Under the pieces are notes generated by a model. The model was not told the origin of the DNA, ran no database searches, and worked only from the letters and a program-made list of their open reading frames with translations. Shown here piece after piece: positions 7,430-14,804 of a DNA stretch of 27,968 bases; positions within the stretch are counted from its first letter, which is position 1, and every line of letters starts with the position of its first letter. The stretch lies in the IMG/VR virus record IMGVR_UViG_3300017913_001218, positions 1-27,968 of that record; one strand, given 5' to 3'. The DNA is from a virus (Duplodnaviria > Caudoviricetes). The translations under genes and the position numbers were made by a program.

Positions 7430-7793
7430 GGACGAGCTACAGAAAAGAGTAGTCGAATGGCTGAACATAGCGCTGCCGCCTGGTTGTGTATTTCATCACA
7501 GCCCGAATGAAGGGCGCCGGCATGTGGCCTTTAAGCGCAAGCTGCGGCAGATGGGTACGCAGTATGGCTGGCCTGACCTAGAGATATTTGTGCCGGGCGA
7601 CCAGGCCGTGCATGGCATCAGCACAGCAATCTTTATAGAGCTAAAGCGCCCCAAGGGCGGCAAGCTCAACGCGAATCAAGAAGAGATGAAGGCACGGCTG
7701 CTGCTTGCCGGCTGCCACTGGGGGCTAGCCCGGTCTATCGAACAGGTACACGAGATACTGGAGCCCCTGGTCAAACTAAGGGCTGGTGTATGA
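7404..7793 (+). CDS. VRR-NUC family nuclease (possible Holliday junction resolvase)
   Basis: EDELQ..HSPNEG..GWPDL..FIELKRPKGGKL..NQ..ARS. Confidence 0.85.
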   Translation: MISTYAETEDELQKRVVEWLNIALPPGCVFHHSPNEGRRHVAFKRKLRQMGTQYGWPDLEIFVPGDQAVHGISTAIFIELKRPKGGKLNANQEEMKARLLLAGCHWGLARSIEQVHEILEPLVKLRAGV

Positions 7794-8029
7794 TTATGGA
7801 CGGTGACGGCACATGGCACACCAGGCTCCGCTGGGGCAGATGCCCAAAGTGTGAAACGACACTGCCCGACCGCGAGGGCGGCCTGGTTGTTTGCAACACC
7901 TGTGGCCTGGGCATAGCTGTAAAGCCCTGTGATGAATGTAAAGACGGCATGGTGCGCGAGCCTGACGGTTATGGCTGTGTGCAATGGACGAGCTGCTACC
8001 GCTGCGACGGCAAGGGGTGGACAGCATGA
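7790..8029 (+). CDS. Zinc-finger protein
   Basis: Four CxxC pairs (CPKC, CNTC, CDEC, CYRCDGKG); ATGA overlaps. Confidence 0.75.
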   Translation: MIMDGDGTWHTRLRWGRCPKCETTLPDREGGLVVCNTCGLGIAVKPCDECKDGMVREPDGYGCVQWTSCYRCDGKGWTA

Positions 8030-8556
8030 GCGACCGGCAGAAAGACGACTGGTATCCTACACCGCCGGAAGCGACCGAGGCTTTACTATCTTGTGAACAG
8101 TTCACAGGATTGATTTGGGAGCCGGCTTGTGGCGACGGCGCCATATCTGAGCACCTGAAGCTGCACGACTACGACGTAGTCAGCACAGACCTGAACAGTT
8201 ACGGCTACCCGGATGCCCAGACGAACATAGATTTTCTGATGGAACGTCAGCCCCTGGCCGACACAATCATCACAAACCCGCCTTACAAGCTCGCTGGTGA
8301 GTTTATCAGCCATGCCATAGACCTGGGTGTAGAGACACACGCCTGGCTGCTACGGCTGGCCTTCCTAGAGGGCAAGGCACGGTATCAAACACTGTACAGC
8401 AAGCACCCGCCGGCAGCTGTTTACGTTTTCAGTCAAAGGCTGACCATGATTCGTGGCGACCATGACGAAAGCTGGTATGGCAGCGGCAAGATGGCGTTTT
8501 GCTGGATGGTATGGCGCAAGGACTGGAGCGGTACGCCCCAGCTGGGTTGGATATGA
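8026..8556 (+). CDS. Orphan amino-DNA methyltransferase (m6A or m4C)
   Basis: DWYPTP, IWEPACGDG (SAM binding), ITNPPY (catalytic); start MSDRQK at 8026. Confidence 0.85.
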   Translation: MSDRQKDDWYPTPPEATEALLSCEQFTGLIWEPACGDGAISEHLKLHDYDVVSTDLNSYGYPDAQTNIDFLMERQPLADTIITNPPYKLAGEFISHAIDLGVETHAWLLRLAFLEGKARYQTLYSKHPPAAVYVFSQRLTMIRGDHDESWYGSGKMAFCWMVWRKDWSGTPQLGWI

Positions 8557-8852
8557 CCCGGCGTGAGTATGCCCTGCAGCAGGCTGATGCTGAGATACGC
8601 CGTTTGATTCGTGAAGGATTTGGTTTGTTTAGGATTGCTGAGCTCTACGACGTGCCGGTGATTAGGTACTGCACAGACACACAGGCTGAGATGGATACCA
8701 ACTGGATGAATCTGCCGGAGTACATAAAGGCGCAAGGACATGGGGTCATAACAGAGCGTTATCTGCGTGAGCGCCTCGCAGATCAGGTAGAGGAGATTTT
8801 GGACAATGAATCACGAGAGAGGAAAGTGCTGTGTCTGCGAAAAACCGGCTGA
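8553..8852 (+). CDS. Hypothetical protein
   Basis: ATGA coupling with the MTase stop; MTRREYALQQ start. Confidence 0.65.
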   Translation: MTRREYALQQADAEIRRLIREGFGLFRIAELYDVPVIRYCTDTQAEMDTNWMNLPEYIKAQGHGVITERYLRERLADQVEEILDNESRERKVLCLRKTG

Positions 8853-9012
8853 CGCGAAAATCTCAGAAGAGCTTTTTTGCGCCAGACACGCAAAGGAAAA
8901 GCAGCTGTCAAGCCTGCGGCCAGGAACATTGGATAGACGCAGGCACCTGGGTGATACTAGCCAGCGGCGCCCTGGTATGCAGCAACGACAAGTGCTGGCG
9001 AATATTAGCTAA
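8806..9012 (+). CDS. Possible small Zn-finger protein
   Basis: CCVCEKPA..LFCARH; overlaps a competing ORF. Confidence 0.4.
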   Translation: MNHERGKCCVCEKPADAKISEELFCARHAKEKQLSSLRPGTLDRRRHLGDTSQRRPGMQQRQVLANIS

Positions 9013-9052
9013 CTGGTACAAGGAGAAGGAAGATGCCAAGAAACTGGACTAA
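8831..9052 (+). CDS. Possible small Zn-finger protein
   Basis: GTG start after GAGAGGA; CQAC..CSNDKC. Confidence 0.5.
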   Translation: MSAKNRLTRKSQKSFFAPDTQRKSSCQACGQEHWIDAGTWVILASGALVCSNDKCWRILANWYKEKEDAKKLD

Positions 9053-9170
9053 AGCACAGCGGGAAGCACAGTCTCGCAAAATAAAAGCAGCCTGGGAAAA
9101 GAAGAAAAAAGCCCGGCTTACCTGGTGGCAGCGCGTCATGCAGCTTATCGGATTACGCAAGGGGGCTTGA
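9033..9170 (+). CDS. 45-aa basic peptide (not in ORF track)
   Basis: AAGGAGAAGGA RBS; MPRNWTKAQREAQSRKIKAAWEKKKKARLTWWQRVMQLIGLRKGA. Confidence 0.7.
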   Translation: MPRNWTKAQREAQSRKIKAAWEKKKKARLTWWQRVMQLIGLRKGA

Positions 9171-9196
9171 CAGGTGGTTGAAAATAAAAATAGAAT
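9167..9196 (+). promoter_or_regulatory. Sigma70-type promoter candidate
   Basis: TTGACA-18 bp-TAGAAT. Confidence 0.55.
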
Positions 9197-9497
9197 TGCC
9201 GTAGGCACACAAGCTAAGCATAAGCTAAGCTCAGCACAAGTCTCAGCAAACCCCCAAATAAATAAACTAATAAATAACATAGCTAAGAACACTAGCTATG
9301 CTTATAGCTCAGCTGTAGCTAGAGCTAAGCAACAGCCGCTCGATGAGCTTCAGCGCCGCGTATTTAAGCGGCTTCGCCCCAGATACAGTGCTACCAGGTT
9401 TGCAGAGCTTATGCTTGCTGTGAGCACTATGTCGCCGCTAGACCGCTTCGACTGGCTGACCGAAGAACAGCGCAGGCTCGACAATGAACGTCGGTAG
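9174..9497 (+). CDS. Hypothetical protein containing the repeat-rich origin candidate
   Basis: GTG start after AAGGGGG; 107 aa; overlaps the next gene start. Confidence 0.55.
   Translation: MVENKNRIAVGTQAKHKLSSAQVSANPQINKLINNIAKNTSYAYSSAVARAKQQPLDELQRRVFKRLRPRYSATRFAELMLAVSTMSPLDRFDWLTEEQRRLDNERR
9211..9330. repeat. AGCT-rich repeats flanking an A/T-rich core (replication origin candidate)
   Basis: Nine AGCT in 9212-9326; tandem AAGCTAAGC at 11-bp spacing; core AAATAAATAAACTAATAAATAACAT. Confidence 0.55.
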
Positions 9498-9882
9498 GGC
9501 GAGCATCACAGAGCTCGACGAGCTGTTCATGGAAGCTGCTGAGACTGAGCGGAAGCTGCCAGCTGCTATTCGCAAGCAGAAGATGAGCTCATGGCCTGAG
9601 TATGTCCAGGAATGGTCAGCTTACGGCTATCACGCCTTCGAGGTGCCTATCATCAAGGCTACGCCTGTTCAGATAACCAGGTATGAGATAGCGCTTGAGC
9701 TTGGCATTACGAAGATGGATCAGGATGACAGGCGCCTTGTCTGGGCTGTAGCTCACTCAGCTGCGTTCAGAGAACGTGGCCCAGCTTGGTCTAAGCTGGC
9801 ACGGATTCTTGGATTGAACGACCCCAGGATAGTCAAGCGAAGGTATCAGGATGCCCTGGTCAGGCTGTATTATCAGCTGTGA
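9484..9882 (+). CDS. Late transcription regulator candidate (DUF6362-like, sigma region 4-like HTH)
   Basis: EAAETERKLP..WPEY..AYG..DRRLVWAVA..WSKLARILG..RRYQDAL; Q-like position directly upstream of terS. Confidence 0.7.
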   Translation: MNVGRASITELDELFMEAAETERKLPAAIRKQKMSSWPEYVQEWSAYGYHAFEVPIIKATPVQITRYEIALELGITKMDQDDRRLVWAVAHSAAFRERGPAWSKLARILGLNDPRIVKRRYQDALVRLYYQL

Positions 9883-10071
9883 TGACGTAATATGTTAAGC
9901 CCTATTGACGCCAATGCACCGAATGTAGTATCAATATTTATAGAATGGCACAACATATGGCTATTCATTTTTCCTCCCTTAACTGACCTTACGCAGCTTG
10001 GTTGCCAAACACAGCCAGCTGCACCAGTAACTAGCAGGCTCATCGTTGCACGGCGGTGGGCCTGCGCTTTT
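9883..10071 (+). promoter_or_regulatory. Late promoter/leader with operator and two hairpins
   Basis: Operator at 9883-9897; TTGACG at 9905-9910 (the -10 is ambiguous); hairpins at 9993-10022 and 10034-10065, the second followed by TTTT. Confidence 0.5.
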
Positions 10072-10081
10072 ATGGATTATC

Positions 10082-10495
10082 ATGGCGAAGATACGAGTAA
10101 CGAAAAAGCAGATGGACATCATCTGTGAGCGGATAGCTGAAGGCACAAGCCTGACGCGGATCTGCAACGAAGACAGTGCGCTGCCTTCGTGGCGTACCGT
10201 GCTGCGCTGGGTGCAAGAGAATGAAGAGGCTTACACGCAGTATCGTGTAGCCAGGACATTGCAGTGTGAAGCAATGCGAGACCAAATCATTGACCTGGTC
10301 GAAGCACCATTGCCTGACGACCCGAAGCTAGCAATGGCTGAGGTGCAACGTCGTAGGCTAGAGGCAGACCACAAGGACAAGCACATCAGGCAGATGCAGC
10401 CTCTTGGTATCAGAGACAAGGCAGAGGACAACAAGCAAAGCAGCGGGACAATCACGTTGACCTGGGGCAATGCAGAGCCGGCAACAGTAGGCTGA
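10082..10495 (+). CDS. terS: Terminase small subunit (Sf6 gp1-like)
   Basis: IICERIAEGTSLTRIC..LPSWRTVLRWV..QYRVAR..VQRRRL pattern; upstream of terL. Confidence 0.85.
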   Translation: MAKIRVTKKQMDIICERIAEGTSLTRICNEDSALPSWRTVLRWVQENEEAYTQYRVARTLQCEAMRDQIIDLVEAPLPDDPKLAMAEVQRRRLEADHKDKHIRQMQPLGIRDKAEDNKQSSGTITLTWGNAEPATVG

Positions 10496-10587
10496 GATAT
10501 ATAAAAGGCTGGCTCTGTTGGCAGTGCTCGCGCGCACGAGGCAGGCCGGCTTTTGATTTTCACAGATTGATGCCAGGCTTGGCCAGC

Positions 10588-10662
10588 TTGTGACCGGGCT
10601 GTGACCTGGCAAGCTGGAGCCCTAGAAAAACATAGCGGTGGGCGCGGGATACAAGCCTGTCA
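10588..10662 (-). promoter_or_regulatory. Second integrase-type site (core plus arm pair), inverted relative to attP
   Basis: Minus strand: TGACAGG-CTTGTAT-CCCGCGC, 32 bp, CCAGGTCACAG CCCGGTCACAA; same layout as the attP core and P' arm. Confidence 0.6.
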
Positions 10663-10757
10663 GGGTGGGCAAAATCCTGAGCGGCACCCCCACCCACCCC
10701 AGACCAACCCGCCGGAATCTATAGCGTATATTACCTGAACATGAGCCTGTCTCTCAC

Positions 10758-12038
10758 ATGAACATTGAAATTCCCTACACGCCAAGACCAGGGCAGGCGC
10801 AGCTACACGGTGAGCTGCAGGCTAAGCGCTGGGGCGTCGTAGTCTGTCATCGTCGCTGGGGCAAGACGGTGATGGCCATTAATCACTTGCTCCGGGATGC
10901 TGTGCTAAACGGCAAGACTAACCCGCGCTTTGCTTACATAGCGCCTACCTATCGCCAGGCTAAGGCTGTGGCGTGGGATTATCTCAAGCAGTTTGCAGGG
11001 GCTGTGCCTATGGTGCGGTTCCATGAGACTGAGCTCCGGGCTGATTTGCCTAATGGGGCAAGGATACAGCTGCTGGGTGCTGAGAACCCTGACAGTCTGC
11101 GGGGCATCTATTTGGATGGCGCTGTGCTGGATGAGATGGCTGATATGCCGGAAAGTTTGTTTCCAGAGATTATCAGGCCGGCGCTAAGTGACCGTAAGGG
11201 CTGGGCGTTGTTCATTGGTACACCCAGGGGGCATAACGCCTTCTTTGATCTTTACACGGCTGCTGAGGGGCAGGACGACTGGCATACGTCGATATACCGG
11301 GCGAGTGAGACCGGGATACTGGACAGCGAGGAATTGGACGCTGCCAGGGCGATGATGACGCCAGACCAGTTTGAACAGGAATTTGAGTGCAGCTGGGTCG
11401 CTAATGTGCCTGGGGCTGTATTTGGTAAAGAGCTTCAAGAGATACAGGAAAAGGGGCGCATTGCTTCAGTTCCGTATGACCCAACCTGTAAGGTAGATAC
11501 CTGGTGGGATTTGGGCGTCGGTGACAGCACGGCTATTTGGTTTACGCAAAGTGTAGGCCGGGCGGTGCATGTCATAGATTTTTATGAGAACCGGGGCGAG
11601 GGGCTGCCTCATTACGCAAAGGTTCTTGCTGATAAAGATTATTTTTATGGGACGCATAACGCGCCGCATGACATTGAGGTCAGGGAATTAGGCTCTGGCA
11701 AAAGCAGGCGCGAGACTGCCTGGGATTTAGGAATAAATTTTAGGGTGGTTCCTAAGCTGCCTGTCGAGGATGGGCTTCATGCTGCACAGATGCTTATCCC
11801 GCGCTGCTGGTTTGACGCGGAGCTTTGCAAGCCAGGCCTTGAAGCGCTTAGGCAGTACCACAGAGCATATAACGAAAGGCTGCGGACGTTTAGGAACACG
11901 CCTGTCCATGACTGGTCGAGCCACGCTGCAGATGCTTTTCGGTATCTCGCGGTCGGTCTTAAAGAAAATACGCAGTATGACCGGCCACCACAGGCCATAG
12001 CTGACAGCAGCTACAACCCGCTGGGAGTAAGTTTGTAA
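10758..12038 (+). CDS. terL: Terminase large subunit
   Basis: Walker A HRRWGKT, LRG..VLDE Walker B, GTP coupling motif, WDLG..DSTA and HAADAFRY nuclease motifs. Confidence 0.95.
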   Translation: MNIEIPYTPRPGQAQLHGELQAKRWGVVVCHRRWGKTVMAINHLLRDAVLNGKTNPRFAYIAPTYRQAKAVAWDYLKQFAGAVPMVRFHETELRADLPNGARIQLLGAENPDSLRGIYLDGAVLDEMADMPESLFPEIIRPALSDRKGWALFIGTPRGHNAFFDLYTAAEGQDDWHTSIYRASETGILDSEELDAARAMMTPDQFEQEFECSWVANVPGAVFGKELQEIQEKGRIASVPYDPTCKVDTWWDLGVGDSTAIWFTQSVGRAVHVIDFYENRGEGLPHYAKVLADKDYFYGTHNAPHDIEVRELGSGKSRRETAWDLGINFRVVPKLPVEDGLHAAQMLIPRCWFDAELCKPGLEALRQYHRAYNERLRTFRNTPVHDWSSHAADAFRYLAVGLKENTQYDRPPQAIADSSYNPLGVSL

Positions 12039-12313
12039 TGGGATTTTTGAAACCAAAGGTAATGGTGCCACCGCCACCGCCGCCACCCCCGCCGCCTGTT
12101 GCGGTTCCTGAGCCGGTAACCCCGGATCCAGTAGTGCGGCCAAATAGTGTGGTTGATGCGACCAAAGAAAAGATGACCGGCGATAAGGCAAAGAAGAAGG
12201 CTAATCAAAAGACCAACGTGAAGACGTCGGCACAGGGCGTGATGACCGACGCGCCTATTCAGTATTCATCATTACTCGGGTCATCAGGAAATCAGAACAC
12301 AGGAGGCCAATAA
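12038..12313 (+). CDS. Small Pro-rich virion/assembly protein (T7 gp6.7/7.3-like position)
   Basis: MGFLKPK..poly-Pro..VKTSAQGV..DAP..SLLG. Confidence 0.75.
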   Translation: MGFLKPKVMVPPPPPPPPPPVAVPEPVTPDPVVRPNSVVDATKEKMTGDKAKKKANQKTNVKTSAQGVMTDAPIQYSSLLGSSGNQNTGGQ

Positions 12314-12684
12314 TGGGCGGTGTAGTCAGAACCATTCGCCGGGCGGTGGGTAGCATCACCGGCGCCAACAAAGCGAAGAAACAAGCAGCTGCGGCACAAG
12401 CGGCAGCTGAGGCACAAGCTAGAGCACAGGCTGAAGCAGCCGCTAAGGCAAAAGCAGAGGCAGAAGCAAAGGCAAAAGCTGAAGCAGCCATGAAGGCGCA
12501 ACAGCAAGTGAAAGTCGTTGATGCACCGGGTGACCCGAATAACCCGGCAGATGTTGTCTATTCCGGCGAAGGCGACGATATGGGCGGCAAAAAGAAAAAG
12601 AAGAAAAAGAGCACAATCCTGACTGGCTCACAGGGCGTAATCGGTGACGCACCTACCGAGAAGAAAACCCTGCTAGGTGGATAG
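12313..12684 (+). CDS. Small Ala/Lys-rich virion/assembly protein
   Basis: AGGAGG RBS; coiled-coil AEA/AKA repeats; STILTGSQGV..DAP..KKTLLGG. Confidence 0.75.
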   Translation: MGGVVRTIRRAVGSITGANKAKKQAAAAQAAAEAQARAQAEAAAKAKAEAEAKAKAEAAMKAQQQVKVVDAPGDPNNPADVVYSGEGDDMGGKKKKKKKSTILTGSQGVIGDAPTEKKTLLGG

Positions 12685-12687
12685 ATA

Positions 12688-12948
12688 ATGGGTGGTGCGT
12701 TCAGAAAAGCGATTTCTTCGGGCGTTAGTAAAAAGCTCATAAAAGCAGTGAACGCCGAAAAAGCTGCTGCTGCGGCTGAGCAGTCCACTGCAAATGCGAA
12801 AAAAACTGTTGAACCCGATGCAGTGACTTCAATCCGACCGGCTAAGGTTGTGGATGCAAAAAGTACAAGACGAAATGGGGCTAAGAAAAAAGAAAAGAAA
12901 AAAAGCTCTTTGTTGAAAACAAAAGGATTATTAGCGGATAGTAATTAA
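12688..12948 (+). CDS. Small basic protein
   Basis: MGG start; KKKEKKKSSLL..GLL tail; abuts the portal gene. Confidence 0.65.
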   Translation: MGGAFRKAISSGVSKKLIKAVNAEKAAAAAEQSTANAKKTVEPDAVTSIRPAKVVDAKSTRRNGAKKKEKKKSSLLKTKGLLADSN

Positions 12949-14583
12949 ATGGCTGATGAAATTGCAACCATACTGCTGAAAAGATTCGGCAGCCTGGAGA
13001 CACAGCGCCAGACATGGGAAAGCCACTGGCAAGAGGTGGCAGACTATGTCGTCCCAAGGAAAGCTGATGTGACCAAAAACCGCTCGCCGGGCGACAAGCG
13101 CTCTGAATTAGTCTTTGACGGCACCGCTATTCATGCCGCTGAGCTGCTAAGCGCTTCGCTGCACGGTATGCTGACCAATGGCAGCACGAGCTGGTTTAGC
13201 CTGCGTTATTCAGACAATGACCTGAATGGTGACGATGAAGCGATGGAATGGCTGCAGGGCGTCGAAGACGTCATGTACCAAGCGTTCAACCGCTCCAACT
13301 TTCAGGAACAAATCCATGAGCTTTACCAAGATCTGGTGACCTTCGGTACAGCTGTGATGTATGTGGATGCAGACGACGAACAGCAAGTGCGGTTCAGCAC
13401 CCGGCACATCAAAGAGTGTTTCTTGTCAGAAGATGATAAGGGGCGGGTCGATACGGTATTTAGAAAATTCAAAATGCCGGCCAGGGCAGCTGTTGCGCGT
13501 TTCGGTGAAGAAAAGCTGAGCAGCAAAATTCTGAAAAAGGCCACCGAAAACCCATATGAACAAATCAATCTAATTCACGCCGTATATGAGCGCCAAGAGC
13601 GCGACGTCACCAAGGTGACAGCTGATAACAAGCCATTTGCGTCTGTGTACATTGAGCCTGAAGAAAAGGTGGTTCTGTCCGAATCAGGCTTCGATGAGTT
13701 CCCATACATGGCGCCACGCTACACCAAGTCATCTTTCGAGATTGGCTATGGTCGCAGCCCTGCGATGACTGCACTAGCAGATATCAAAATGTTGAACAAA
13801 ATGAGTGAGGTCACGATCAGGGCTGCTCAGAAACAGGTAGACCCACCGCTCCTGGTGCCGGACGACGGCTTCATGCTGCCAGTTCGTACTATCCCAGGTG
13901 GCCTTAACTTCTACCGCTCAGGGACACGCGACCGCATTGAACCGCTCAACATTGGTGCCAACAACCCGCTCGGTCTGAACATGGAAGAGCAGCGCCGGCA
14001 GGCAATCCGCTCAGCGTTCTATGTAGACCAGCTCATTCTGGGGACAGGGCCGCAAATGACTGCCACAGAGGTTGTGCAGCGTACCGAAGAAAAAATGCGC
14101 CTGCTAGGGCCGCTTACAGGCCGCCTGAGCCAGGAGCTGCTGCAGCCGCTAATTACCCGCGTCTATAGCATCCTAGCGCGTCAGAAGGCTTTTATGCCGG
14201 CTCCAGACTTTATGAGAGAGCAGCCGCTGTCTATCGAGTATGTGAGCCCATTGGCGAAAGCGCAGCGTCAGGGCGATATTCAGTCCATGACCCGCCTGCT
14301 GGAGCTGATGACACCGCTGTCGCAGCTTGACCCAGGCATTATGGATTACGTCGATAGCGACGGTATTTCCAAGCACCTGATTAAAATCCTGGGTGTGCCG
14401 GCTACAGCTGTACGCGGTGACCGTGAGGTTCAGCAGCTGCGAGCTCAGCGCCAGCAGCAACAGCAAGAACAGATGGAACAGATGCAGCTGATGCAGACAG
14501 CTGAGGCTGCCGGCAATGCAGCGCCTATGGTTCGAGCATTGGATGATACCGGCACGACATTAGATGAGGTTTTGCCTGAATGA
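12949..14583 (+). CDS. Portal / head-tail connector (T7 gp8, BPP-1 type)
   Basis: WESHWQE, FDGTA, SNF..LVTFGTA, YGRSPA, QMTATEV..R.EE, IEYVSPLAKAQ. Confidence 0.92.
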   Translation: MADEIATILLKRFGSLETQRQTWESHWQEVADYVVPRKADVTKNRSPGDKRSELVFDGTAIHAAELLSASLHGMLTNGSTSWFSLRYSDNDLNGDDEAMEWLQGVEDVMYQAFNRSNFQEQIHELYQDLVTFGTAVMYVDADDEQQVRFSTRHIKECFLSEDDKGRVDTVFRKFKMPARAAVARFGEEKLSSKILKKATENPYEQINLIHAVYERQERDVTKVTADNKPFASVYIEPEEKVVLSESGFDEFPYMAPRYTKSSFEIGYGRSPAMTALADIKMLNKMSEVTIRAAQKQVDPPLLVPDDGFMLPVRTIPGGLNFYRSGTRDRIEPLNIGANNPLGLNMEEQRRQAIRSAFYVDQLILGTGPQMTATEVVQRTEEKMRLLGPLTGRLSQELLQPLITRVYSILARQKAFMPAPDFMREQPLSIEYVSPLAKAQRQGDIQSMTRLLELMTPLSQLDPGIMDYVDSDGISKHLIKILGVPATAVRGDREVQQLRAQRQQQQQEQMEQMQLMQTAEAAGNAAPMVRALDDTGTTLDEVLPE

Positions 14584-14804
14584 CCCCGGAAGAAATTATA
14601 GAGCTGTACAAGGTCGTCTTTTCAACAGAAGACGGCCAGCGCGTTCTTGAGGACATGGGCGTGAGATTTTGTGAACATAGTTCAACTTTTTCCACAGACC
14701 CCTGTGAAACAGCATACCGCGAAGGTCAGCGGACGGTGCTGCTGTTTATCAAATCTATGCTCCGCGACCGTAAACCATTAGAGGACATTGCATCAGATGA
14801 GTGA
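14580..14804 (+). CDS. Bbp19-like small protein
   Basis: YKVVFSTEDGQRVLEDM..TAYREGQRTV pattern directly after the portal gene. Confidence 0.7.
   Translation: MTPEEIIELYKVVFSTEDGQRVLEDMGVRFCEHSSTFSTDPCETAYREGQRTVLLFIKSMLRDRKPLEDIASDE

Noticed and set aside
7404-8556. VRR-NUC plus methyltransferase as a restriction-modification system
   Set aside because: Stand-alone VRR-NUC proteins and orphan MTases are common independent phage early genes; nothing in the sequence links them
9166-9188. Third integrase core (CTTGACAGGT is identical to the attP left half)
   Set aside because: No inverted partner half-site and no arm repeats; explained by a TTGACA -35 element
12067-12500. CCG/CCA and GCA-GAG-GCA-AAA tandem repeats as DNA-level elements
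   Set aside because: Explained by poly-Pro and Ala/Glu/Lys coding in real ORFs
13068-13074. Additional arm-type site TGTGACC
   Set aside because: Single copy inside the portal gene; expected by chance
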